Below, piece by piece: positions 10,741-20,951 of a stretch of DNA of 64,000 nt. The position numbers and the translations under genes were made by a program. Origin of the DNA: Clostridia bacterium. GTDB taxonomy: Bacteria; Bacillota; Clostridia; Christensenellales; Borkfalkiaceae. Numbering within the stretch: position 1 is the stretch's first letter; each line of letters opens with the position of its first letter. The stretch lies in the NCBI GenBank assembly GCA_017465145.1, contig JAFTWU010000005.1, positions 83,394-147,393 on the forward strand. Reading direction: 5' to 3'. The notes beneath the pieces were generated by a model. That model did not search any database, was not told the DNA's origin, and saw nothing but the letters and a program-made list of their open reading frames with translations.

Positions 10741-13527
10741 TTATTTTCGCTTAAAAAAGTCAACGAATTTATCTTTTATTTCGCCATATTGCACGTTCTT
10801 AAAAAACCATTTAGTATCGTTAAACGCACCGTCTAAAGCGTTCTTCTTAGGTGTTAATTCAATATATCTAACGCCATTTTCTTCTTTAATAACTTTGTTA
10901 AAGCCTTTGGGTAGAGCGCCGGTTTCCACCACGCAACGATTTTTGTCAATATATATTCTTTGTAAATTAGTGCAACCCGTAAACGCCCCCTTAAATATAT
11001 GGCGCAAATTAGGCGCGTTAACTTCTTTTAACGAAGTACAGTTCTTAAACGCATCTTCATGAATTTGAAATACGCTCGGCAAGTCAATTTTTTCAAGACT
11101 AGTACAATTTTCAAAAGATGAACTAAAAACACGTTCTACCGTTATTGGCACAAGCACTTTGTTTAGGTTTGTTGCGCTATCAAATAAGTTACCGGACAAT
11201 GCATAATCTTTGGTTTTAGACATATCAACTTTTTTAAGTTTTTTAAAACCCTCAAAAATACTGCTTTCGATAGACGTAACGCTTGCAGGGAAGACAACTT
11301 CTTCAACAATTTCCTTTGCTGTATTAAAAGAATTTGTACAAACAATTTCAATGCCTTCTGGTATTATTATTTTTTTAGTAGGGGCAAGCACTTTTATTAA
11401 TTCTTTTTTGCCGTCATAAATTTTAACTTCTAAATTATGTTGCTTGCCAAATTCTTTTGCTTCTGCTTGTTTTATTTCTTCTTGTGTTTTCTTTTTTTCT
11501 TTGTCAATTTCAATTTGCCTAAAACGGCTTAGATTTTTTTCAACAAACTTTTCTACGGTATATTCCCTATTATAGCCTTTTGTACCGTGTTTTTCTTTAA
11601 TGATAAGGTTAGGGCAATTTGGAAATGGATTTTCGTGTCTAAGGTCTATCTCAGCATAAGCGCGCATGTATAAATATTTAAGGTTAGGGCAATCCTTAAA
11701 CGCGCCTTCCTGTATGGTAAGGCTATGCGCTTTAGAAACGTCAACTTCTTCAAGGCTACTACAGTTAACAAAAGTTTCTCTATTTAACTCTAAACCGTAA
11801 CCATTATAATTAAACTTAACCTTTTTTACCACGTCGTCATCGGTAAAAAGCCCGCACTTTACCCAACGAACAGTCGGGGGAAGGTCGTGTATTTCTTTTT
11901 TAACTTTTATCTTAGTTAACGTGCCCCTAACGGCAGCCCTACTATCAAATTCATACTCTTCTTTTAATTGAACTAAATTTTCGTTAGTTTGCTTAAACCA
12001 AGGGTCGTATGCGGGTTTTTCTTCTTTTTTTGCCTTTTTGTTTTTGGGGTTATTGCGCTCTCTTTCTTCTCTTTTGTTTTCTAGTTCTAATTTAATTCTG
12101 TCAAAAAAGCCTATTTTTTCGTAAGCGTCGCTAAATCTTTGTGGCTCTGGTTCGTTGGGGAAGATAGGTGAAGGCGCGCCATAGTTATTTTTAGCGCTAT
12201 CCATTTTATTAGTTCCTGCGCTATTTGTAGCATTTTGTTCCGCTATAATTTGCGCTTGGGTAAGGCTGGGGTTTAAATCGTCTATAACCAAGTCTGCGTA
12301 AGGGCCGGTGTAAACGTAATCTTCGGTATAGCCAACGTAATCGTCGTTAGCGCCTTTATTTGCGCTTGAATTATTCGCACTTGAATTATTTGAGCCAAAG
12401 TCGTTATTACCCGCGCTATTATCAGAACTTCCATAACTACTTGAACTATAAGAGTCGTATGAAGAACTACTAGAACCGTTATTTAACGTCCCTTGATAGG
12501 TTGAAAGATTAAGTTGCGTTTCTTTTTTAGCTGTGCCCATCGTTAGTGGGTCGAAACCGCTTTTTATAAGCCTGCCATCTTTGTATAATTCAATATACTC
12601 TGTTTTAGTCTTGCTAAATTTAACAACGGGGTCTGATACGCTGTTTATTCTTATCTTTTGGTCACTATCTGCTATTCTTATATGCACGTTTGGGCGTGGC
12701 ATATTGTAAGATTGTTCTTCGAAACAATAAATGCCCGTTCCTGAAATTTCGTTAAAACTATAGTTGCCCATATAGCAATCGCCGTTTTTGAAAATTTTAG
12801 AAAAGAAACCCCTTTTACTGTAAATTTCCGTGCCCCAATCTCCTTCTTCAACGGATTTTTCCCAATAGTACCCACTATAATTGAATATTTTAACGCCCTT
12901 AAAGTTGTTGCTTGGCACGTCGCCCTTAAGTTTATTATGAAAGCCTATTCTCCTTTCGGGGCAGGGACCAGACGCTATCCATTCGCCGTAACCCGTGTAA
13001 TAGTCTAGGTCGGGAACGGCGTGTCCGTAAAAGGTTTGACCGTTACCAAAGGTGGTACGCGCATAACTAGTATATTTACCGGAAAAATTTCCGTTAACAA
13101 AATTGCCTTCTGCAAAATAACCCCTATCAATGGTAGAGAAATAGGACAAGCACCCCTTTCCGTTAGGTTTATCGTTAGCAAAATTGCTTAGGTATGCATT
13201 GTGATTGTGGTCTACCAAAACGCCGTATCCACACTTGCGGTCGTTAGAAAATTCGCCGATATAGTAATCTTGGGCAACGCCCCAACCTGAAACGGATTTA
13301 TTTTCAACCGAACAGCATTTTCCTTGGCGTAAACCGTTTGAAAAATACCCCATAGTTCTATATGAAGAAGTTTTTTTCGCTCCACGCCCCGTTTGACAGT
13401 TATTTTGCCATTCACCAACGTACACATCTCCGTTATTGTAAACCATTGCGCCGTAGCCGTCTGCTTTTCCGTTTAATATAGTACCGATATAAATGCCTTC
13501 GCTAAATTCAACCTTACCAAATTCCAT
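10741..13527 (-). CDS. Large MORN-repeat / low-complexity / BspA-type LRR fusion protein
   Basis: 928 aa. N-terminal YxGxWxxGxxxGxG repeats (YVGEWQNNCQTGRG, YIGEFSNDRKCGYG), a central S/N-rich tract, and C-terminal LRR_5-like repeats (FKDCPNLKYLYM, FENCTSLEKIDLP, FKNCTSLKEVNAP). No signal peptide. Confidence 0.75.
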   Translation of the reverse strand: MEFGKVEFSEGIYIGTILNGKADGYGAMVYNNGDVYVGEWQNNCQTGRGAKKTSSYRTMGYFSNGLRQGKCCSVENKSVSGWGVAQDYYIGEFSNDRKCGYGVLVDHNHNAYLSNFANDKPNGKGCLSYFSTIDRGYFAEGNFVNGNFSGKYTSYARTTFGNGQTFYGHAVPDLDYYTGYGEWIASGPCPERRIGFHNKLKGDVPSNNFKGVKIFNYSGYYWEKSVEEGDWGTEIYSKRGFFSKIFKNGDCYMGNYSFNEISGTGIYCFEEQSYNMPRPNVHIRIADSDQKIRINSVSDPVVKFSKTKTEYIELYKDGRLIKSGFDPLTMGTAKKETQLNLSTYQGTLNNGSSSSSYDSYSSSSYGSSDNSAGNNDFGSNNSSANNSSANKGANDDYVGYTEDYVYTGPYADLVIDDLNPSLTQAQIIAEQNATNSAGTNKMDSAKNNYGAPSPIFPNEPEPQRFSDAYEKIGFFDRIKLELENKREERERNNPKNKKAKKEEKPAYDPWFKQTNENLVQLKEEYEFDSRAAVRGTLTKIKVKKEIHDLPPTVRWVKCGLFTDDDVVKKVKFNYNGYGLELNRETFVNCSSLEEVDVSKAHSLTIQEGAFKDCPNLKYLYMRAYAEIDLRHENPFPNCPNLIIKEKHGTKGYNREYTVEKFVEKNLSRFRQIEIDKEKKKTQEEIKQAEAKEFGKQHNLEVKIYDGKKELIKVLAPTKKIIIPEGIEIVCTNSFNTAKEIVEEVVFPASVTSIESSIFEGFKKLKKVDMSKTKDYALSGNLFDSATNLNKVLVPITVERVFSSSFENCTSLEKIDLPSVFQIHEDAFKNCTSLKEVNAPNLRHIFKGAFTGCTNLQRIYIDKNRCVVETGALPKGFNKVIKEENGVRYIELTPKKNALDGAFNDTKWFFKNVQYGEIKDKFVDFFKRK

Positions 13528-13630
13528 AAAATATATCCTTAAGAATCAGTTTTTATTAAAACTAATTATATTATATCATTTAAGTTAAAAAATTCAATAG
13601 ATAAAATTCATAGCCGTTAACTCCTTGCAA

Positions 13631-13666
13631 AAAATTTAAAACAAAAACGCACCCTTGCGGGTGCGC
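13631..13666 (-). terminator. Rho-independent terminator of hup
   Basis: On the minus strand, gcacccgcaagggtgc followed by gtttttgttttaaatttttt. Confidence 0.8.
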
Positions 13667-13683
13667 CTGCGTTTAGTTTTATC

Positions 13684-13956
13684 TTAGTTGAAAGAATCTT
13701 TATATGCTTTACCAAACTTGAATGCGGGGATTTTAGAAGCAGCGATGTTAATCTTTTCGCCGGTCTTGGGGTTGATACCTTCCCTAGCATCTTTTGATTT
13801 AAGTTCAAAAGTACCGAAACCAGAAATTTGAACTTTTTCGCCAGCGTTTAAGCCGTCGGTGATAGCGCCGATAACAGCGTCTAGTGCAGCGCCTGCATCC
13901 TTAATAGTGATACCTGCTTTGTTTGCAATAGCCCTTACCAAATCATTTTTGTTCAT
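13684..13956 (-). CDS. hup: DNA-binding protein HU
   Basis: 90 aa from ATG 13956 (MNKNDLVRAIA...GFGTFE...INPKTGEKI...FKFGKAYKD). SD ggagg upstream. The ORF-track N-terminal extension is rejected. Confidence 0.95.
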   Translation of the reverse strand: MNKNDLVRAIANKAGITIKDAGAALDAVIGAITDGLNAGEKVQISGFGTFELKSKDAREGINPKTGEKINIAASKIPAFKFGKAYKDSFN

Positions 13957-14093
13957 AAAAAACAAAACCTCCAAAGTTTTATGTATATATTGTACCATAT
14001 ATAAAAAATTTTTCAAGGGCTTTTTAAAATTTTTGTCAAAAAACGCGTGTTTTTTGTCAAAAAAACGCCATTTTGTTAAATTTTGCGTTTCGC

Positions 14094-14122
14094 TTGACTT
14101 TTTTAACTTTATAAATTACTAT
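14094..14122 (+). promoter_or_regulatory. Promoter TTGACT-17-TACTAT placed to start transcription at or next to the ATG of the next gene (leaderless candidate)
   Basis: ttgact 14094-14099, tactat 14117-14122, ATG at 14130 with no SD. Preceded by a tandem ttttgtcaaaaaacgc repeat (14031-14046, 14052-14068). Confidence 0.4.
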
Positions 14123-14129
14123 TAATATA

Positions 14130-15473
14130 ATGTTAGATAAATTAAGTATTACCCTTGAACTTAATAACCTAGCGGGCGCGCTTAGATATCCCCGTAAAAA
14201 CGAAGGCTGTGTTTTCTATCAAGGCAGTATAGAAGAGCAAGTCTCTATAATTGCTCAAAAAATCGTTCCTTACGGCAAAGTTGCGCTATTTTACACTAAA
14301 TCTACCTTTGAAAAAATAGGCAGAAAAGTTTCGGCATGCCTAAAAAAACAAAGTATAAAAATCGTTAACGTGCTTTTGCCAAAAAAGATTAAAAGTGTTG
14401 CCTCTTGCTTAGAAGTTTTTAATCTTCCAGAAGACGTGCGCATGGTTTTTGCTTTCGATAAAGAACTTTTCGACGTTGCAAAATATTTTTGTGCGATAAA
14501 CGGCTTGCAATGTGGGTTAGTTATTAAAAACCCGAACTTTTTCAACTCTCTTTCTAATAAAATTTTAGCAAACGTTGGCACTTCGCCAGAATACGTAGAC
14601 GCGTTCACTATAAAACACGTTATTCTTGCTGATGAACTTTTTGATAGTAACGATAGTTATAACGGCTATCTTTATGCAAGGCTAGTTAGCGGACTATCTT
14701 TTATAGTAGACTATAGAATATCTAGCACCCTAAAGCGTAAGCCTATAAATAAACGCGCCTTTAATCTTATTAAAAGCGGGGTAACGGGTGGGCTTTCCGT
14801 TATGAAATATAGTTTATCAGAGCGCAAAACCGCCCTTATTTACTTTAACTTAATTTTAGAAATTGCAAACGTTTTATCCCTTGGCGAAATTATTAACGGC
14901 GGGGCTATGTGTTATAGCGAAAGGCTTTTTAACGCGCTAAACGGTATCGACGACGGTATCGACGACGGAAATATCAACCACCTTGAAAACGGCTACGGCT
15001 ATATTTTACTAAAACTATGCAAAAAGATTCTTGGGGTATATGAAATCGTTTTGTCAAGCGATAATCTTACCGTTTACGAAACTTGCGACTATACTAGCCG
15101 TGTGGAATTTTTAACTTCTCTAACCGGTGGCGAAGAACTTAGCTATCTTAAAAACTTTAAGCAACAAATAGACTTAATAAGTTGCTCTCAAAAGGAAATT
15201 GATAAAATTAAAGCCCAACTTTACGGGCAAGTAAAGTCTTTTTACTTATATCTTAAGGCTAGCATAAACACCTATCACGCTATCGGCGGGAAAGATTTTA
15301 TCGGCGCTAAAACTCCTTGCGATAAAAGGGCAAAAAAAGCCGAAAATTCCGCTCCTAATCCGTTAAACAGCCCGCTTGCAATCAAATACGCGGGCGACGA
15401 AATCGGGGCGTTAAACGGCATGACTTTGGCGCGCGAACTTGGGGTTACCGACAACCCTGCCTTTTGCGATTAA
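14130..15473 (+). CDS. Hypothetical protein, possibly a degenerate DHQ-synthase/Fe-ADH-like fold
   Basis: 447-aa ORF. VFAFDKELFDVAKYF occupies the place of a GGGSxxDxAK motif. Weak recognition only. Confidence 0.5.
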   Translation: MLDKLSITLELNNLAGALRYPRKNEGCVFYQGSIEEQVSIIAQKIVPYGKVALFYTKSTFEKIGRKVSACLKKQSIKIVNVLLPKKIKSVASCLEVFNLPEDVRMVFAFDKELFDVAKYFCAINGLQCGLVIKNPNFFNSLSNKILANVGTSPEYVDAFTIKHVILADELFDSNDSYNGYLYARLVSGLSFIVDYRISSTLKRKPINKRAFNLIKSGVTGGLSVMKYSLSERKTALIYFNLILEIANVLSLGEIINGGAMCYSERLFNALNGIDDGIDDGNINHLENGYGYILLKLCKKILGVYEIVLSSDNLTVYETCDYTSRVEFLTSLTGGEELSYLKNFKQQIDLISCSQKEIDKIKAQLYGQVKSFYLYLKASINTYHAIGGKDFIGAKTPCDKRAKKAENSAPNPLNSPLAIKYAGDEIGALNGMTLARELGVTDNPAFCD

Positions 15474-15566
15474 CAAGCATAATTAATAGATTTATAATAG
15501 AAAATTAATAGGTATATAATATAAAATTTTCGTCAATACTCTCCGTAAAGAACGGGGAGTATTTTT

Positions 15567-15983
15567 ATGTTTAAAAAGATTGCGCTTGCCTTTTGTTTTA
15601 TAACTTGTTGCTTGCTTTTGTGGTGGGGGAATAACGCGCCCGTATTCAGCGCTTACGCGAAAGAGTTCGAAGTGTATAGAAAAAACAATTCTTCTTGCGC
15701 CGAAATTGTCAAAGCAAACGCCTTTTCCACAGCCTTTATAACCGATAAAACGGGGGAGAGTTGCATAGTTGATAGCGCCACTTTTAATACGGGCAAATTT
15801 TTAAGCGATTTTAACGCCAAAGTGGTGTTTAGTGAAAAGGTAGATAATATTACCAACCTTTACGCCTATTCTAATAAGATTAAATATTTCGTTACGATAG
15901 GGGGTAAAAAGGTAAATCTTCACGTCGTTTATCAAAAGGAAAATATAGTTCTTGGCACACCCATAGTGTTTGGGGGATATTAA
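15567..15983 (+). CDS. Small secreted/membrane-anchored hypothetical protein (possibly YwmB-like)
   Basis: 138 aa. N-terminal hydrophobic segment; C-terminus NLHVVYQKENIVLGTPIVFGGY resembles the YwmB/DUF1779 ending (recollection only). Confidence 0.5.
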   Translation: MFKKIALAFCFITCCLLLWWGNNAPVFSAYAKEFEVYRKNNSSCAEIVKANAFSTAFITDKTGESCIVDSATFNTGKFLSDFNAKVVFSEKVDNITNLYAYSNKIKYFVTIGGKKVNLHVVYQKENIVLGTPIVFGGY

Positions 15984-16089
15984 TAAAGCACGTTCATAAA
16001 GGCGCAACAAAAAATTAACCGCTATAGGTATAATAAAAATTTTTAGGGTAATAATTACCCCAAAGTCAGTTAAAAAAAGGAGATTTTAT

Positions 16090-16707
16090 ATGAAAAATAA
16101 CAAGGCGATTTTATTTTTTAGGAGAAACGCCGTTTATCTTATTTTGGCGTTTTGTATTCTTGCGATAGGGCTTTCTGCAATTTTAATGACGACTAACGGC
16201 AAAAATAACGTTGCGGACGTGCCCGTAATTACCCCAGACACCGAACAAGAAAACCCTAGCGACGACGACAATACCCCCACGGACACGGTTATCACTTTCG
16301 TAATGCCGGTATCTAACGCTACGGGGATAGACGAATATAGCGAAATTCCCGTGTTCAACCCCACTTTAAATAGATACGAAGCGCATTTAGGTTTAGATTT
16401 TTTTGCGCCCGAAGGCAGTTCCGTTTGCGCGGTATATGACGGCACTATTTTATCTGTGGAAAATACCCTTTTGCACGGCACTACCATCACTATAGACCAC
16501 GGCAACGGGCTTAAAACGGTTTATAATTCGTTAGAAGACGGCGATTTGGTTACCGTTGGAAGTAAGGTAAGTCAAGGCGAAGTTATCGGCGCGGTATCTA
16601 TTACCAACAAGCAAGAATATAAAGAAGGGGCACACCTTCACTTTGAAGTTTACGAAAACGACGTGAATATCGACCCTGCAAAATATCTTGTTTACGAAGA
16701 AAAGTAA
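16090..16707 (+). CDS. M23 (LytM-type) metallopeptidase with N-terminal TM anchor
   Basis: 205 aa. HLGLDF (HxxxD) and HLHFEV (HxH) motifs. TM segment VYLILAFCILAIGLSAILM. Confidence 0.85.
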   Translation: MKNNKAILFFRRNAVYLILAFCILAIGLSAILMTTNGKNNVADVPVITPDTEQENPSDDDNTPTDTVITFVMPVSNATGIDEYSEIPVFNPTLNRYEAHLGLDFFAPEGSSVCAVYDGTILSVENTLLHGTTITIDHGNGLKTVYNSLEDGDLVTVGSKVSQGEVIGAVSITNKQEYKEGAHLHFEVYENDVNIDPAKYLVYEEK

Positions 16708-16756
16708 AAGGAAGTTAGTAATCTGGGCTAGACGGCAACTCCACGTGCTAAACGAA

Positions 16757-16859
16757 TAAAAACGCGTAAAATAAGGCACAAACCCGCGTCTTATCTCACC
16801 TAAAGCACGTAAAATAAGGCACAAACCCGCGTCTTATCTTAACTAAAGCGCGTAAAATA
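16757..16859 (+). repeat. Tandem repeat with a 43-nt unit, about 2.4 copies
   Basis: cgtaaaataaggcacaaacccgcgtcttatct at 16765-16796 and 16808-16839; partial third copy at 16844-16859. Confidence 0.9.
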
Positions 16860-16920
16860 TCATTAAAAAAATAAACCCTGAATAAGATACAAAGAAAAGT
16901 ATTTTATTCGGGGTTTTTAT

Positions 16921-18393
16921 ATGAAGAAAAAAATTATCACTTATTTTTTAACGGTATCTATTTTAATTTCGGCAATATTTTTTGCGGGCGGATGCCAAAG
17001 TTCTTGCGCGAAAAATAAAAATTTAACTACTTACGATATAACCGCCACCCTTGACGGCAACACCTTAACCGCCACCCAAACGGTTGATTTTTACAACGGC
17101 TACGACACCACCTTTACCGAACTAAAATTTAACCTTTTTGGCAACGCGTTTAGAAAGGGGGCAAAGTATAATCCTATTGCGAACGAACATTTGTCGCAAG
17201 CCTATTACGACGGGCAAAACTTTGGCGGTATGGAAATTTTATCCGTTTCATCAAACGAAACGCCCTTAAATTTTAACGTTGGCGGGCAAGATTTAACCCT
17301 TCTTACCGTTGAACTTTCTAAAGAAGTTTTTCCTAACGAAAGGTATTTATTAACAATAAATTACACCCTTAATTTAGCAAAAGTCGTTGCAAGAACGGGG
17401 GTAAATAAAAGCACTATAAACCTTGGCAATTTCTATCCTATACTATGCGCCTACGATACGGGCGTTGGCTTTTACGAGTGCTTATACTACGCGATAGGCG
17501 ACCCCTTTTATAGCGACTGCGCCAACTATAACGTAACCCTTTCTGCCGATAGCGAATATGTGTTTGCGCATAGCGGTGCGCTATCTAAAGAAGAAATAAA
17601 CGGAAACGTTAAAACGGTAGAGTTTTCCTTACAAAACGCGCGTTCAGTTGCGGTGGTTTTATCTAAAAAATTCAACGTAGAAAAACGCCTTGTGGACGGC
17701 GTGGAAATCTCATATTACCACTATAACGACGCTAACCCAAAACTGTCTTTAGACACCGCGGAAAAAAGTATAAGATATTTTAACCAAACGTTTGGCGCGT
17801 ATCCATATTCTACGTATAGCGTGGTGGAAACGGCTTTCGTTCAAGGTGGTATGGAATACCCCGCACTAGTTATGATTAGCGATAATTTAGAAGAGAAGGC
17901 TTACCAAGAAGTTATCGTGCACGAAACGGCGCATCAATGGTGGCAAACGGCGGTTGGTAATAACGAAATTGAATACGGTTTTTTAGATGAAGGGCTAGCC
18001 GAATATTCGGTGGTGCTCTTTTACGAAAATCACCCTGAATACGGTTACACCCGCCAAACTCTTATAGACTCATCTAATAAAAGTTATAAAGTATTTTGCT
18101 CTGTATACGACCAAATTTTCGGCAACTTAAATACAAAAATGTTGCGCCCCTTAAACGAATTTTCGGGCGAATTTGAATACGTTAATATGGCGTATATAAA
18201 ACCGTGCATAATGTACGATACTTTGCGCACTACCGTTGGAGAGCAGACTTTTTTTAGTGCCCTTAAAAAATATTACGAAAAATATAAGTTTATAAACGCC
18301 ACCCCCTACGATTTAGTTGGAACGTTTGAAAAGGCGGGGGCAGACACCAACGGATATTTTGAAAGTTTTTTTAGTGGCAAGGCAATACTTTAA
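16921..18393 (+). CDS. M1-family (gluzincin) metallopeptidase, lipoprotein
   Basis: 490 aa. HETAHQWW-x18-EGLAEY zinc site. Lipobox FFAGGC. Confidence 0.8.
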   Translation: MKKKIITYFLTVSILISAIFFAGGCQSSCAKNKNLTTYDITATLDGNTLTATQTVDFYNGYDTTFTELKFNLFGNAFRKGAKYNPIANEHLSQAYYDGQNFGGMEILSVSSNETPLNFNVGGQDLTLLTVELSKEVFPNERYLLTINYTLNLAKVVARTGVNKSTINLGNFYPILCAYDTGVGFYECLYYAIGDPFYSDCANYNVTLSADSEYVFAHSGALSKEEINGNVKTVEFSLQNARSVAVVLSKKFNVEKRLVDGVEISYYHYNDANPKLSLDTAEKSIRYFNQTFGAYPYSTYSVVETAFVQGGMEYPALVMISDNLEEKAYQEVIVHETAHQWWQTAVGNNEIEYGFLDEGLAEYSVVLFYENHPEYGYTRQTLIDSSNKSYKVFCSVYDQIFGNLNTKMLRPLNEFSGEFEYVNMAYIKPCIMYDTLRTTVGEQTFFSALKKYYEKYKFINATPYDLVGTFEKAGADTNGYFESFFSGKAIL

Positions 18394-18537
18394 TTTTTTT
18401 GGTAAAAAAAGGTGAAAAATAGCCTTAAAAAATGGTTAAACACCCTTCTAAAATAATTGTTAATCATTGACAAAGAGTATAATAAATGGTATACTTACAA
18501 AGAATTATTTTATAAAACGATTTGTAAGGTAGTATTT

Positions 18538-19662
18538 ATGAAGAGATTAGTTAAACTTTTAACCGTTTGCTTGCTTGCAGTCGTTATGGTTTGTGGCTTA
18601 TTCGGTTGCACTCCAGACGGCACTCCTAGCGGTGAAAAAGGCTTAAAATTTGAAAAGAGACACAACGAAAACTTCTATACGGTAAGTGGCTTTGTAGACA
18701 ACGGCTCTACCACCCTTTCTATCCCTGCAGAAGTTGAAGGTGTTGCAGTTGGTAGAATTGGCACTAACGCGTTTAAGAATAACGGCACGCTCACTTCTAT
18801 CGTAGTTCCCACTTCCGTAACGGAAATTGAAGCAGGTGCATTTACCGGCGTTAAAGCGTTAAAAGAAATCACACTTCCCTTTATCGGCATGAACGCTAAT
18901 TCAGACGCTTATTACGGCGAAACCGCAGGTAGCGAAGGTGAAGAAAACGAAAAGGCAACCGATATCGAAAGACATTTTGCTTATATCTTCGGTACGGACG
19001 AATATACTTACGGTTCACAAATTACTGCAACTTATAGTGCAGGTGGCACCGCTAGTTACTATTTACCCCACGGCTTAAGCAAGGTTATCTTAAACAGCGA
19101 TTCTGCTTACAGTATTCCTATGTATGCTTTTGCAGGTGTAACCACCGTTAGAGAAATCGTTCTTCCCGCAACTATCGACGCTATCGGTGAAGGCGCGTTC
19201 TCAAACTGTGCTAACTTAAATAGGGTTAACGTTCCCGCAAACGTAGAAAAGATTTACGATTCAGCATTTTCAGGTTGCGCACGTTTGGTAAACGGCGGTA
19301 TCGTGTTTGACGATTTAACTTCAACTTGTGCACTTACCACTATCGGTAGCAAGGCGTTCTATGCAACTAAACTTACCGAAATCACCTTGCCTGCAAGCGT
19401 AACCACCATCGGCGAACAATGCTTTGCAACTTCATCTTTAAGGTCTATCGTGTTGCCCGCAAGCCTTACCGAAATCGGTTTCTATGCTTTCTATGAATGC
19501 AAATATTTAACTTCAGTTGATATCAGCGCCGTAACGGGTACGGTTATCGTTAAAAACGCAGCGTTTATGAACTGTGAAAGATTAGATGCAACTACCTTAA
19601 AGGCTAGCGCAAAACTTGACGTTACGGGTAGCGCAAACGTGTTTGAAGGCACTTTAGCTTAA
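18538..19662 (+). CDS. BspA-type leucine-rich-repeat lipoprotein
   Basis: ATG 18538 gives MKRLVKLLTVCLLAVVMVCGLFGC (lipobox). Repeats such as AFSNCANLNRVNVPANVEKIYDSAFSGC. Confidence 0.8.
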   Translation: MKRLVKLLTVCLLAVVMVCGLFGCTPDGTPSGEKGLKFEKRHNENFYTVSGFVDNGSTTLSIPAEVEGVAVGRIGTNAFKNNGTLTSIVVPTSVTEIEAGAFTGVKALKEITLPFIGMNANSDAYYGETAGSEGEENEKATDIERHFAYIFGTDEYTYGSQITATYSAGGTASYYLPHGLSKVILNSDSAYSIPMYAFAGVTTVREIVLPATIDAIGEGAFSNCANLNRVNVPANVEKIYDSAFSGCARLVNGGIVFDDLTSTCALTTIGSKAFYATKLTEITLPASVTTIGEQCFATSSLRSIVLPASLTEIGFYAFYECKYLTSVDISAVTGTVIVKNAAFMNCERLDATTLKASAKLDVTGSANVFEGTLA

Positions 19663-19752
19663 TAAATATTGCTGTAAAAAGGCGCGCGATTAAGCGCATA
19701 AAACAAAATTAAATCAGCAAAAATTAAATAGCAAAATTAAAACGACAAAATG

Positions 19753-19783
19753 AAAACTCCCACAAGACCGTGGGAGTTTTTTT
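19753..19783 (+). terminator. Rho-independent terminator
   Basis: aaaactcccac/gtgggagtttt followed by a T-run. Confidence 0.8.
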
Positions 19784-19883
19784 ATACTTTTAAGCGCGAA
19801 ATTTTAGCGACCTTATTTTAGCGACATTGAAAAGGGTTAATTCGCCTTTAATAGCGTCTTAGCGCTTTGTCAAAACAACAAAT

Positions 19884-20951
19884 TTAGGCAACTGATACGG
19901 AAGATAAGGTATAAACTAACGCGCCTGCAATGAAACCGCCTGCAAGGACTGGCTGAGCGTATCTTATTAAAAGTGAACGATGGGGCAAAGCTTCGGTTGC
20001 GGGTGTTGCGGTAGAGTTTTTATTTGTTGCAACGCTTTGAATCAATAGGTAATTGTTAATACCCGTGTTAAACTTTTCGCTTACGCAATAGGTGAAAGAA
20101 TTGTGCGTTACGGTAACGTTTTGACCGTTATAAGCAATCGGGCTAGCGCCGTTAAAATTAGCGTTTAGCGTGTAATTTTCGGCGTAATTACCTTTGTTGG
20201 TAATTTTAAGCGTGGGCACTTTCTTATAAGCGTGAGAGTTGGTTGGAATATAGCTTGAAGAATCAACGTCAATACTTACGTTTCTTAGGGCAAATAGTAG
20301 TTGGTTGTTATCTATAAGCGACCTAAAGGTATATTCATCTTCAATGGTTTGGGTTGCGGTAGGAGTGGTTGTTACGGTAACGTAACTTGCTTGATTATAT
20401 ACCGTAGAAGACGTATAAACAAGTCTGCCTATCTTAAGCGCGTTATTTTCTATAGTAAGGTTAGTGCAATCGTATTCCGTAGTGGTGTGAATAGGTGCGT
20501 AAGAAAAATCTTTGGGGCAAAAATAAGTTTTGGTAACTATCGTATCTTCATCGCAAGCAGTACCGTTAACGTTTATGGTAAATTTAAGTTCCGTTTCTAG
20601 ATAGAATAGTTCGTTAATGCCGTTTATATTACTTATGTCACTACCTTTCCATTGTTCCGCGCTACCAGACACGGCGGGGGTAACGCTAAGGCGGGTTACG
20701 TAACTGCCACTCATCACGGAAATATCGTTTACTATGCCGTTTAACTTATCCGCTTTTTTAAGTTCGTCGTTAAAGTTTTTGTCAACGGTTAAATCGTATA
20801 CACAAGTTTCGGTATAACCGGCGCTTAGCGAATATTCGGTATCGAAGGCGTTTGAAAAATAAAGTTCGCTATCTTTTTTACAACCCGTACCCGTAAGTAA
20901 CAGGGCGCACGCTGTAATCACCGAAAGCACGGCAATTCTAAATTTTTTCAT
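19884..20951 (-). CDS. Hypothetical lipoprotein
   Basis: ATG 20951 preceded by ggag. MKKFRIAVLSVITACALLLTGTGC lipobox. Confidence 0.7.
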   Translation of the reverse strand: MKKFRIAVLSVITACALLLTGTGCKKDSELYFSNAFDTEYSLSAGYTETCVYDLTVDKNFNDELKKADKLNGIVNDISVMSGSYVTRLSVTPAVSGSAEQWKGSDISNINGINELFYLETELKFTINVNGTACDEDTIVTKTYFCPKDFSYAPIHTTTEYDCTNLTIENNALKIGRLVYTSSTVYNQASYVTVTTTPTATQTIEDEYTFRSLIDNNQLLFALRNVSIDVDSSSYIPTNSHAYKKVPTLKITNKGNYAENYTLNANFNGASPIAYNGQNVTVTHNSFTYCVSEKFNTGINNYLLIQSVATNKNSTATPATEALPHRSLLIRYAQPVLAGGFIAGALVYTLSSVSVA

